A stretch of 64,000 nucleotides of DNA from Nitrospirales bacterium (GCA_965203295.1 CBDBCZ010000019.1:2368001-2432000); one strand, 5' to 3'; positions 19,949-29,480 are shown, counted from the first letter of the stretch. Numbers and translations are program-made. The notes: generated from the letters alone by a model not told the origin.

Positions 19949-21166
19949 TCACATCGCACCCACGAGGGAGCTCATGGAAAAAATGAGAAGGTACATGGCC
20001 ACGACAATAAAACCGATCCCAATCCCAAGAACGACAATTACCAAAGGTTCCAAGACAGCAGTCAAAGACATGAGTGCCGTCCCGACTTCTTCCTCATACA
20101 AATCCGCGATGCTTTCCAGCATGGAATCCAGTGCCCCAGTTGACTCCCCGACCGCAATCATATAGGTAACCAAAGCAGGAAAAACTCCGCTATGCGCTAA
20201 CGGCTCGGAAATCGTCTTCCCTTCGCCAATACTCGTGCGAACCTCCTGGAGCCCTGTCTCAATCACCCTATTCCCTGATGTTTTGGATGCTAGGTCCAAA
20301 GCCTCTAAAACTGAAACGCCACTGCGTAACAACGAGGAGAGCGTCTTGGTGACACAAACCACAGCAGATTTCCGAAGAAGATCTCCGATTAAAGGGACTC
20401 GTAACATGAACCGATCAACAACCATCCTTCCCTTGGGGGTCGCATAAACCCTGTTCATTCCGTAGACCGACAGAATCAACCCTATGAAAAGAGAACCGAT
20501 ATGCTCATGAACAAACTGACTGAGCGTCAACACAACCTGTGTTGGCCATGGAAGTGCGCTCCCAAAATCGGCAAAAAGGTCCCCAAAAATTGGGATGACC
20601 CATAACAGGAGAAAAACCATGACCATTCCTGCCAAAAGTAATATGAGAAGAGGATACGCTAGAGCTCCTGTGACCCGTTTTTTGAGATGCATGATCTTTT
20701 GTAGATGGTCAGCCAGTCTCAACAATACCTGATCCAACATACCCCCAGCCTCGCCGGCAGCAACCAACCCAACGTACGTTTCGGGAAAGACATCTGGGTG
20801 GGAACGAAGGGCATCGGCTAGAGTACTCCCCTCTTCAACCTTTAAACGGACATCTTCAAGAGTTCTTCGGAAACGGCGATAGTCGATATTGTGGGTCAAG
20901 GTCTCGAGACAAGAAACCAGGGGAATCCCTGCTTTAATCATGGCTGAAAATTGAAGGGTAAAGGTGAAGAGTTCCCTTCCTGTAACAGCACTCCCTAGAG
21001 GGAAAGCAAACTGAAAAGGGATCCTCGCAGGTTTTTCTTTCAGGTGAGTGTAGGCAACACCACGTTTCCGGAGTAATTGGGCTGCTTCTATTTGATTCTT
21101 GGCAGAAAGTTCGCCTCGTCGTCTGATCCCTCCTCGGGTGATCCCTTGATACAGAAAAACCGGCAT
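19949..21166 (-). CDS. pilC: Type IV pilus platform protein (T2SS F family)
   Basis: Two T2SSF repeats (AGEAGGMLD, VGESTGALD), ALAYP and LEP motifs. Downstream of pilB-pilT. Confidence 0.92.
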   Translation of the reverse strand: MPVFLYQGITRGGIRRRGELSAKNQIEAAQLLRKRGVAYTHLKEKPARIPFQFAFPLGSAVTGRELFTFTLQFSAMIKAGIPLVSCLETLTHNIDYRRFRRTLEDVRLKVEEGSTLADALRSHPDVFPETYVGLVAAGEAGGMLDQVLLRLADHLQKIMHLKKRVTGALAYPLLILLLAGMVMVFLLLWVIPIFGDLFADFGSALPWPTQVVLTLSQFVHEHIGSLFIGLILSVYGMNRVYATPKGRMVVDRFMLRVPLIGDLLRKSAVVCVTKTLSSLLRSGVSVLEALDLASKTSGNRVIETGLQEVRTSIGEGKTISEPLAHSGVFPALVTYMIAVGESTGALDSMLESIADLYEEEVGTALMSLTAVLEPLVIVVLGIGIGFIVVAMYLLIFSMSSLVGAM

Positions 21167-21198
21167 TGGAACTTCACAAAATGCTGAGGCTGTGCTTA

Positions 21199-22356
21199 TT
21201 AGCTCTCCTGAAAACGTCGCTGCAAATGTCTCTTTCTATTTTGTGACAGAGCATGACCAGGTTGAGAATCACCCGACCGAGGATGAGAAGAACCCGTTCG
21301 TTCGATCAACATTCGTAATTCTTCGGAGTGGCTCGACCTGGCCAAGGCCGACGATGATGAAATCATTCGACGTCGATAGAGATTCAAAAAGGCTTGATTC
21401 ATCGTCTGCATACCATGTTTGGCTTGACCAGTTTGCATGATCGAATAAATTTGAGAAATTTTGTTATCTCGAAGAAGGTTACGGACACCAGGCGTAGGAA
21501 TAAAAATTTCAAGAGCGAGAACACGTCCAGCCCCTTCAGTCTTCGGCACAAGCGTTTGCGAAAAGATGCCTTCCAACACCAACGCTAATCTCGCGCGGAC
21601 TTGTGGGTGTTGATGGACTGGGAAGCCATCGATCAAGCGATGTAGCGTTGGAAGGCAGGAAGAGGTGGGCATCGTCGCCAGAGTGAGATGCCCGGTCTCG
21701 GCAATCATGAGAGCGGCTTCAATTGTCTCTAAGTCACACATCTCACCAAGCAGCACAACATCGGGATCCTGGCGAAAAACCGACTCAACAGCCGTTCCGA
21801 AATCCGGCGTATCCATCCCCACTTCTCGTTGCGTAATGAGCCCTTTTTTATGCGTATGAACATATTCAATAGGATCCTCAATGGTGAGGATATGAACCCG
21901 TCGTTCTGAATTGATTTTATCCAACAAAGCCGCCAAGGTCGTGCTTTTGCCACTCCCAGTCGGTCCAGTCACCAGAACAAGACCACGTGGTTTTTTGGCC
22001 ATATCTCCAAGAATAGGAGGAAGACCCAACTGGTCAAAGGAAGGAATTGATTCAGGAACCCATCGAACCGCGAGTGCAACTTGGCCTCGTTGACGGTAGA
22101 CATGACAACAAAAACGCCCAAGCCCATCCATCTGGAAGGAACAATCCACTGCCATGGTTTGCTCAAAACGAACCTTGTGGCAAGAGGGGACCCACTCCTC
22201 GGCAAAGCTGGTCGTGTCCTCAGAGGAGAGAGGTAAAACTCCATCGAGTTGAAAAAGACGACCATCCACGCGGATTCGTGGAACATCCCCTGGGATCAGA
22301 TGTAAATCCGACCCACCCTTTTCTGTCAACAATGTTAAGAGGGATGTCAGGTCCAT
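21199..22356 (-). CDS. pilT: PilT-like retraction ATPase with degenerate catalytic motifs
   Basis: SDLHL, GPTGSGKST, TIEDPIE, QREVG, RQDPD and AETGH are present, but RFR reads RFC, GEMRD reads GEMCD and TLHT reads TMPT. Confidence 0.88.
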   Translation of the reverse strand: MDLTSLLTLLTEKGGSDLHLIPGDVPRIRVDGRLFQLDGVLPLSSEDTTSFAEEWVPSCHKVRFEQTMAVDCSFQMDGLGRFCCHVYRQRGQVALAVRWVPESIPSFDQLGLPPILGDMAKKPRGLVLVTGPTGSGKSTTLAALLDKINSERRVHILTIEDPIEYVHTHKKGLITQREVGMDTPDFGTAVESVFRQDPDVVLLGEMCDLETIEAALMIAETGHLTLATMPTSSCLPTLHRLIDGFPVHQHPQVRARLALVLEGIFSQTLVPKTEGAGRVLALEIFIPTPGVRNLLRDNKISQIYSIMQTGQAKHGMQTMNQAFLNLYRRRMISSSSALARSSHSEELRMLIERTGSSHPRSGDSQPGHALSQNRKRHLQRRFQES

Positions 22357-22370
22357 GCAGCTCCTAGCCG

Positions 22371-24208
22371 TTAGTCGTCTCTTGAATCCAGAAGGGTTGT
22401 TCTGAACACTTCGGAAATGGATGTGAGCCCAACACGAATTTTTTTCAACCCATTCTGCCGAATGGTCGTAAAACCCGACTCCTTGGCGACTCGTTTGAGA
22501 CCCTCGGGGGAAGCCTGATCAAGAGTGAGTGACTGGAGAGATTGGGAAAGAGGAAGCACCTCAAAAAGCCCGAGGCGTCCACGATATCCGGTAAAATGGC
22601 AGGCGGCACAGCCACGTCCTCGCAATGGGACGACATCACCTGCTTCAGCGGGTGAAAATCCCAGATTCACCAATTGGCCGACCGATTGAGATTCAGTTTC
22701 CTGACAATGGACACAGAGGCGGCGCACCAAGCGTTGTGCCAAAATGAGCGTGACGGATGAAGAAACTAAATACGGATCAAGCCCCATATCCAGAAGCCGG
22801 GTGATCGTCCTTACCGCATCATTGGTATGGACCTTGACAGAACACGGTGACCAGTCAATGCGGCTCTCACGGCAATTTGGGCAGTCTCAACATCCCGGAT
22901 TTCACCTACCATAAAAATATCTGGATCCTGACGAAGGAACGCCCGAAGAATCGCGGGATAGGTCAGGTCAATATCGTCTCTGACTGGGACTTGATTCATT
23001 CCCGTAAAGTGATATTCCACGGGATCCTCAGCAGTCACAATATTCACACCAGGGGTACTCAGATGCTGCAAAGCAGCATACAGCGTGGTCGTTTTCCCGC
23101 TACCAGTGGGTCCCGTGACCAGAATCATCCCATTTGGTTTTTCTAACGCGGCGAGAAAAATCGCCAAATCAGGCTCTTCAAACCCCAACTTGCTCAAATC
23201 GAGGACCAAACTCGATCGATCCAAAAGACGCAGGACGACTTTTTCCCCTTGAAAACAGGGAAGCACGCTCACACGAATATCAATTTTCCTTATATTCACG
23301 TCGTGGTAGGTCATTCGGCCATCCTGGGGAAGACGGCGCTCGGCAATGTCTAAATTTGAGAGGATTTTGAGGCGAGAAATCACAGCATTTCGCAGCTTGA
23401 GCGGGTACGTCATCACTGTTTGGAGCACCCCATCCAATCGGTATCGCACCCTGACGCTTTCCTCAAGGGGCTCTATATGAATATCGCTCACTTCTAAAGC
23501 CACAGCCGGCGAAATAAGCTTGTCCACCAACCGCACGATGGGCGCTTGGTCTTGCCCAATTGGTTCTCCCACAGAGGCAGACTCCGTCACCGAAAGGCTG
23601 GTGGAGGCTTCCTCCAGAAGGGAGCTAAGGTCTTCAGGATTCAGAAATGGGTGCGAAGGTTTTGAGGATCGACCATCCTCTTGAAAGTCTATAAAGGCCT
23701 GCGGCTCTTTTAAGCCGTTCACATATCCTTCATTCGATGGATGCAAGGGAATGGAAGGTTCTGGAGAAGAGGCATCCGCATTCAGGCCATAGAGACCCTG
23801 AATTCGACTCATGATCTCCGAAACCGTCGCCACCACAGGAATCATATGATGGCCCGTCTGAAACGTTAATTCATCGAGGAAGCTGACTTGCGACGGATCA
23901 GCCATCGCGAGAGTGACGCGGGTGCCGACCCGCTGTACAGGGACAACCAACTTGGCCAGTTCCTGATCACGAGGAATGAGCTGCGCGAGGGCCGGATCAA
24001 CCTGTTGAGGGGTGATATCAAGAGTCGGGACTCCGTATTGTTGGCTTAAGAAATGGAGAAGGGTGGACTCAGAAATAGCCCCCATGCGGACCAAAATGCC
24101 ACCCAGTCGTTCGCCAGTCTGACGTTGACGGTCCAAGGCATCCTGAAGCTGCCCAGTTGAAATGAAGCCCTCATCAAGAAGCAGCCTGCCCATTGGCTCT
24201 CGAATCAC
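22371..24208 (-). pseudogene. pilB: PilB/GspE assembly ATPase with a 1-bp deletion frameshift
   Basis: Upstream part has ERRLPQDGR, GPTGSGKTT and GEIRD. The frame breaks at about 22833. Restoring one base gives GHRVLSTVHTNDAVRTITRLLDMGLDP, joining ORF 22371..22787. Confidence 0.9.
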
Positions 24209-24245
24209 ATGGGCCTCCTTGTAACAAGAAATCTACGTCCCGCTA

Positions 24246-24785
24246 TTAGGGAAGGTTCAACTGTGTGACACCACGCACGAGGTAATGGAACCCGGATACA
24301 ACCGTCAGGAAGCTCATCAGGTAGAGGATGGGATCAAGGAGAAAAAGATCGGAAGGGTACGAACTCAGCCAGACAACAAGAATGATATAGCCCAGTTGAA
24401 AAATCGTGGTGGCCTTCCCCAAATATGTGGGGGACACATCGATGCGTGAATCGGTAAGACGCGCTAAAAGAGTCCCTGTCAGCAAAATTGCATCCCGGCT
24501 GACCACAAGAATCACGCTCCAGGCCGGGACTAAATCCAATATTGACAGCGTCACAAAGGAAGACATCAAGAGCAGCTTATCGGCCAAGGGGTCCAAATAG
24601 GCACCAAACCGAGTCCGTTGATTAGCCAAACGGGCGATGGTTCCATCCAAACCATCAGTAATCGCCGCAAGAAAAAGGGTGCCCAAGGCATAATCGTAAT
24701 GACCATACACCAAGAGGCCTACGAAGACCGGAGTCAATAAAATCCTGAAAATGGTCAGGCTGTTTGGAATATTGAGTGGGATCAC
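24246..24785 (-). CDS. CDP-alcohol phosphatidyltransferase (PgsA-like)
   Basis: NIPNSLTIFR and DGLDGTIAR..T.FGAYLDPLADK motifs. The start is approximate. Confidence 0.92.
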   Translation of the reverse strand: MIPLNIPNSLTIFRILLTPVFVGLLVYGHYDYALGTLFLAAITDGLDGTIARLANQRTRFGAYLDPLADKLLLMSSFVTLSILDLVPAWSVILVVSRDAILLTGTLLARLTDSRIDVSPTYLGKATTIFQLGYIILVVWLSSYPSDLFLLDPILYLMSFLTVVSGFHYLVRGVTQLNLP

Positions 24786-25149
24786 ACCTATCACCAAACT
24801 CCGATCCTCTACTTTTTCCCAGGCTCGAGCTTCTTGCTGCATTGAACCATTCCCTTCAAAAACATGAGGGTACGTGTGAGATCAATTGAAGTCAACCAGG
24901 AAAGATACGGCACCAAAACACATGGAAGATGTATCGACCGCTTTACTTTTCTATGAATATGATACAGTAAAGTGAGGAAATGAGAAAATCACATAGCTGA
25001 AAAAAAAAGTGAAAAAGATTGAATGCCTCAACCCTGCTGAAATACTCTAAGTCCAAAGCATTCGTCTTGTTTTCCCCCAAGAGTGACATACGTATGATAA
25101 AGTTACGAGAGCGAGAAGCCAATTCCAAATGAGTCGGCTTTAGGAACCC

Positions 25150-26016
25150 ATGAAATCAGTTCCACCCAGTTCCCACTCCCACAGCTCACCACCACCATGG
25201 CTCTGTGAACTCCCCAAAAAGGATTATTGGTCCACCCCTTTTGCGGAAAGCCTGATAGCCCAGCTAGACCTCCAACAGGGGAGAACCATTATGGATGTCA
25301 TGTGCGGAGAGGGTCTACCAGCCTTCTATCTGGCCCATCGCGTGGGCCCCAGAGGCCGAGTGGTTGGGATCGATATCAGTGAAGCTCAACTCGCTCGAGC
25401 TCGGGCATTTCAAGGTCCTAACTTTCCGTGGCTCGAGTTTCGCAATGCTGATGTCCGAAACTTACCAACTGACCTGGAAACATTCGATCGTATTACCGGT
25501 AATTTATCCTTCATGTTTTTTCGGCCCAACCGCAAAGAAGCCCTTCAACAGCTGGTTCAATTTCTCAACCCCTATGGCCAACTCGTCATTACTTTTCCTT
25601 CTCTTGGCACTTTTGATTCACTATGGAAAAGAGTCGATCAAGAAATGGCCCAGAGAGCATTAATCAAGGAACAGCAAGCCTTGGCAGACTATATCGCAGA
25701 ACGGCCCTCGGCTGATGAAGCCCGACAATGGCTCACGGACAGTGGGCTAGAAAAGGTCGATGTCTCCGAATGGCCGCTTGAAGTGGAAACCGGCCCAGGG
25801 AATGCGTTTCTCTATCATCCACTCCTACGGGGAGGGTTTCTCGATGATGTGTATGATTGTTTCACTGATCCAGCATTAGCCGAGAGCGTGATGAATACGA
25901 TTGCCCTTAATTTAGAAAGTTTCGTGCCCTTGATCGCGCAACGCTGTGTGATGTCAGGGTCGCGTCCCTTACTGTCGCCGAACGCTTCGCATCACCGGAC
26001 GCCAAAAACAGAGTGA
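25150..26016 (+). CDS. Class I SAM-dependent methyltransferase
   Basis: Motifs DVMCGEG, VVGIDIS, ADV and FDRI. The last 13 codons run through an attC site. Confidence 0.85.
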   Translation: MKSVPPSSHSHSSPPPWLCELPKKDYWSTPFAESLIAQLDLQQGRTIMDVMCGEGLPAFYLAHRVGPRGRVVGIDISEAQLARARAFQGPNFPWLEFRNADVRNLPTDLETFDRITGNLSFMFFRPNRKEALQQLVQFLNPYGQLVITFPSLGTFDSLWKRVDQEMAQRALIKEQQALADYIAERPSADEARQWLTDSGLEKVDVSEWPLEVETGPGNAFLYHPLLRGGFLDDVYDCFTDPALAESVMNTIALNLESFVPLIAQRCVMSGSRPLLSPNASHHRTPKTE

Positions 26017-26063
26017 GGCACGAGCGGCGCTTTTTGCGGTCCGAGTGAATGCGATTGTTATGT
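25977..26063 (-). mobile_element. Integron attC recombination site (87 bp)
   Basis: Minus strand: R'' ACATAAC immediately after the cassette stop, a long imperfect palindrome (CGCAT[T]CAC[T]CGGAC..AAAAA pairing with TTTTTGGCGTCCGGTGATGCG) with two extrahelical bases, then R' GTTCGGC. Confidence 0.88.
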
Positions 26064-26387
26064 TTATTTTTGGCTTGGCATCTCTACTAACTCTGACACC
26101 TCAAGTGACCCGCCAATATCAAGAAATGGGCAAGTCTTTGCAATCGATAGTGCCGCCTCCATAGAATCCGCTTCAATTATAGTTTAACCAGACATTATCG
26201 TTGTGCCTCCAGCAGTAACAGTACCATCAGAGTTTACTGTGCTCGTATTCTTAAGCGGATTAGCAGGACTAACAGCTGAGTCGACCAATGAAGATAACCA
26301 ATCCATATATTTCGAAAAATGTTGTTTGCCTTCCTCTGGGCTAGATGGCTTATCGCCGCCTAGATAAGTAATAATGTATTGAGGTAT
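26064..26387 (-). pseudogene. YCII-related protein gene cassette, inactivated
   Basis: Reads (ATA)PQYIITYLGGDKPSSPEEGKQHFSKYMDWL...MSG*TIIEADSMEAALSIAKTCPFLDIGGSLEVSE. The start is ATA after an AAGGAG RBS and there is an in-frame TAA at 26184-26186. Confidence 0.82.
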
Positions 26388-26425
26388 TTCTTTCTCCTTA
26401 TTTTAATAATTTGCTCTAGCAATAA

Positions 26426-26580
26426 ACATAACTATATCAGTAGCTCGGTCAGCCTATCCCGACTCACTAAGTTTTGGAGTTTCGGAAATCCTATAAGCTT
26501 TTCCAAGACTTGGCAAGAAATTGTCGACTATCGGGAAAGGGACAAACACTGTAGGCAGTATCAGCTTATTCCGGTTTCCT
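26426..26580 (-). mobile_element. Candidate attI region
   Basis: Lies between the intI stop and the first cassette. Core G|TTATGT at 26432. Imperfect direct repeats GGAATAAGCTGA (26561-26572) and GGGATAGGCTGA (26449-26460). No attC-type palindrome. Confidence 0.55.
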
Positions 26581-26736
26581 TCAAAGGGTCTGCAGGCCAA
26601 ATCCGAGTCGATCGGCCGGGCTGCGGACTCCCTTCCCGCCTCGGTTCAACACATGGGGGTAGATCATCGTCGTGCTCAAATCTTTGTGACCGAGCAACTC
26701 TTGAGCCGTCCGAATATCATACCCGTCATCGAGGAG
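26581..26736 (-). pseudogene. intI: Integron integrase C-terminal remnant
   Basis: Manual translation [51 protein letters not shown] matches the tyrosine-recombinase box II plus the IntI-typical tail. The rest of the gene is absent. Confidence 0.9.
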
Positions 26737-26804
26737 ACGGAGCACAAAGCCGTAGCAAACTCTTAAGAACGTTTCAACATTACGCCATCATATTTGTTGA
26801 AATT

Positions 26805-27443
26805 TTACTTGATCGCAAATCCACAGATATGAGGACGGTTTACCGCTAAAATGAGCCCTGGCCCTTCCTGCATATACGATTCGAACTCAACCTTGGAAAA
26901 ACTGAAATCTCCGATATCCCGTCCGGGATGACAGCCATCCGAGAAATACCTCCAGGGTGTAAACGGGGCTGTCTTTTGAATAAATCGTCTGAGAGTCAAA
27001 GGGCGGTCGCCGACGTGTTCGAGGAATGCAAATGTTCCTCCTGGTTTCAGCACGTTGAAGACTTCCTGAAGAACCTCCGAAACAGATGGAACTGAACAGA
27101 GGACCAAGGTGCTGATCACAACATCAACCGTCCCTGGAGTGATTCCGGAATCGCCTAGGGTGTCCGTCCGAATTTCAATTGAGAGATTGAGTTTTCTGGC
27201 CTTGCCTTGGATATGAGGATGCATGGCCCGATTGGGCTCCATTCCAATCCATTGAACATCCGAATTGAGAAACTGCAGGTTCACCCCGGTCCCAGGACCA
27301 ATTTCCACAATCGTTCCTCGAAGTGGAGAGAGAAGACGGGTCTTTCGCTCCTGATACATTCCCAAACTGGTCTCGTCGAGTCCAGCCATGAGACTGGCGA
27401 AGAGTCGTTGGCAAATGGACGGATGGGTGGGCATTTGAGACAT
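26805..27443 (-). CDS. Class I SAM-dependent methyltransferase (type 11-like)
   Basis: Motifs EIGPGTG, DVVISTLVLCSV, LKPGG..FLEH and DGCHP.R. Confidence 0.88.
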   Translation of the reverse strand: MSQMPTHPSICQRLFASLMAGLDETSLGMYQERKTRLLSPLRGTIVEIGPGTGVNLQFLNSDVQWIGMEPNRAMHPHIQGKARKLNLSIEIRTDTLGDSGITPGTVDVVISTLVLCSVPSVSEVLQEVFNVLKPGGTFAFLEHVGDRPLTLRRFIQKTAPFTPWRYFSDGCHPGRDIGDFSFSKVEFESYMQEGPGLILAVNRPHICGFAIK

Positions 27444-28065
27444 TAAAACTGTTTACCATGACACGTCGCGTAGGCCTAACGATTTAAGTCCAGTACCTTC
27501 TCAAAGCGACTCCATATTGACGAGACGCATATACGAATTACGAACGATGCCCGTACATTATGAATAACACAAGAAATTGAACTTATAGGCACCTGTCTAA
27601 TGTGCCGAAGATTTTCCAGCTCCTTATTCTTGCTGCTCTTCTTTCTTATTCTGTCAGTTGGACGGGATGGCCGACATGGTCACCTGCTGTCTTTTTCGCA
27701 TTCGCATTATAGTCAAAATCTACGACCCTATAGTCCTATTTGGGTATCAACGAGACAATCATTTCCTCCCCCCCTGTCCCCAACTGCACCTTTGTCGAAC
27801 CAGGGTTGGAACTATCCAAAACCTGATTTTTTGCCTCGCCAGGTCCCTGAACTTAAACGCTTTTGAGCGCGTGGCATCAAAACTGCCGCCCGATACATAA
27901 CAGATATCTTGTTGTGTAAAGAGCCAGAAAAAACGATGAGATGTCAGTGGAGTTAACGTCTTTCCTTTTTTGCTGAGTCCCAATATGCTGATGTAGGAGA
28001 AGCGTCAACCACGAATAGCTAGTTCGGGATTCCAGAAACGTCTGTCTTTAGCTTCGAAAGCAACC

Positions 28066-29082
28066 ATGGCACACCCGTCAGTTCCTATCATCGACATTGC
28101 GCCGTTAATCAAACGTGACACGCAGCACCACCAAACAGTCGCACAGATTCATGCGGCCTGTCGCGACTGGGGATTCTTCCAGATCACCGGACATGATGTG
28201 TCTGAGGATCTGATTTCCCGCGTCTGGTGTGAGACCAAACGATTTTTTGCGCTCCCAGTTGAAGCTAAACACTCAGTCTCGCGCACCAAAGACAACGCCC
28301 GTGGTTGGTTCAACCGCGAACTGACGAAGAACACTCGAGACATGAAGGAGGTGTTCGATTTTGGGTTCACGCCACACCCTGAACTTCCCGACGAGGACCC
28401 GACAAATTGGACACGAGATGGGTTCAACCAATGGCCTGACTCAAGGCACTGTCTTGATTTCAGACCGACGATGGAGGAGTACTATCTGGCATGCCAGCGT
28501 CTGGGGCTCACTCTGCTCGAAGCGGTAGGGGAGAGTCTCGGCATCTCCCCTGCCTGTCTGACTCGTGATTTCATCGGCGAACACACAAGCTTCCTTCGAT
28601 TAAACTACTTTCCCAGATACGATCCCTTGAGCGCCGAACACCCAGCTGCCGCAACGGGTCATCTCGGGATCCATCATCATACGGATGCCGGCGCACTGAC
28701 GCTGCTTCTCCAGAATGACGTCGGTGGCCTTCAGGTGTGCCTCAACGGTGAATGGTTTCCGGTCGAACCGGTAGTCGGTGCGCTGGTCATCAACACCGGT
28801 GACATCGTTCAGGTCTGGAGCAATGATCGCTACAAAGCTCCAGTCCATCGAGTGCTGGCGAGCAAAAACCGAAACCGATACAGCCTCCCCTTCTTCTATA
28901 ATCCTTCCTACCATGCGGAATATGCGCCACTTGATGCCTTAACGAATGAGATGTTGCCTCCCAGATACCGAGCAATTAACTGGGGCGAATTCCGTTGGCA
29001 ACGACAGCAGGGTGATTACGCAAGTTACGGACAGGAAAACCAGATATCGGATTACCGAATTTCTGAACCCGGTGGTTCGTGA
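28066..29082 (+). CDS. 2OG-Fe(II) oxygenase, isopenicillin N synthase-like family
   Basis: Motifs VPIID, WGFFQITGH, LRLNYFP, HTD...H facial triad and RYS 2OG-binding motif. Confidence 0.92.
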   Translation: MAHPSVPIIDIAPLIKRDTQHHQTVAQIHAACRDWGFFQITGHDVSEDLISRVWCETKRFFALPVEAKHSVSRTKDNARGWFNRELTKNTRDMKEVFDFGFTPHPELPDEDPTNWTRDGFNQWPDSRHCLDFRPTMEEYYLACQRLGLTLLEAVGESLGISPACLTRDFIGEHTSFLRLNYFPRYDPLSAEHPAAATGHLGIHHHTDAGALTLLLQNDVGGLQVCLNGEWFPVEPVVGALVINTGDIVQVWSNDRYKAPVHRVLASKNRNRYSLPFFYNPSYHAEYAPLDALTNEMLPPRYRAINWGEFRWQRQQGDYASYGQENQISDYRISEPGGS

Positions 29083-29126
29083 AAATTAAAGAAGAAAAAT
29101 TATAAAGTCCGTTTCAGACACCAGCT

Positions 29127-29480
29127 CTATTCGGCAGGCTCTTCTTGGATGAACTTCCCTGTATCGAAAATTAACAACACCTTCGTAATTTTGTCATTGT
29201 GCACCTCAAAGAGTTGTGACATGTGCGCACAGACATACGGCTTTGAAAACTGATAAATGACGTTGACAAACGGACCGTTTTCAAAGACCTGCACCAATGT
29301 ATACTGGCATTCGACAGGAGGATCAGACTGTAAACTTTCAATGTAGTCTTGCGCAGACTCAAACTGGTAAAACGGCCCGGAAAATTTCACGTCATCTGTT
29401 AGAATGTTATATAAGCGATCAAGGTCCTGCCCGGAAAAGAATATACCCATGTATTGTAAAGCGACATCTAATGGCTTCAT
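29127..29480 (-). CDS. SnoaL/NTF2-like protein
   Basis: 117 aa with LTDDVKFSGP and FEV..DKI....IFD patterns. RBS GAGG. Confidence 0.75.
   Translation of the reverse strand: MKPLDVALQYMGIFFSGQDLDRLYNILTDDVKFSGPFYQFESAQDYIESLQSDPPVECQYTLVQVFENGPFVNVIYQFSKPYVCAHMSQLFEVHNDKITKVLLIFDTGKFIQEEPAE

Noticed and set aside
22811..22840. Programmed frameshift or phase variation in pilB
   Set aside because: No slippery heptamer or homopolymer tract is present at the break. A simple deletion is more parsimonious.
26379..26849. Plus-strand ORFs of 156 aa and 81 aa
   Set aside because: They are antisense shadows of the intI remnant and attI region, with no independent coding signal.
27600..27983. Several short overlapping ORFs, one frame with a signal-peptide-like start interrupted by stops
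   Set aside because: It may be a gene remnant, but no family is recognisable and the frames conflict.
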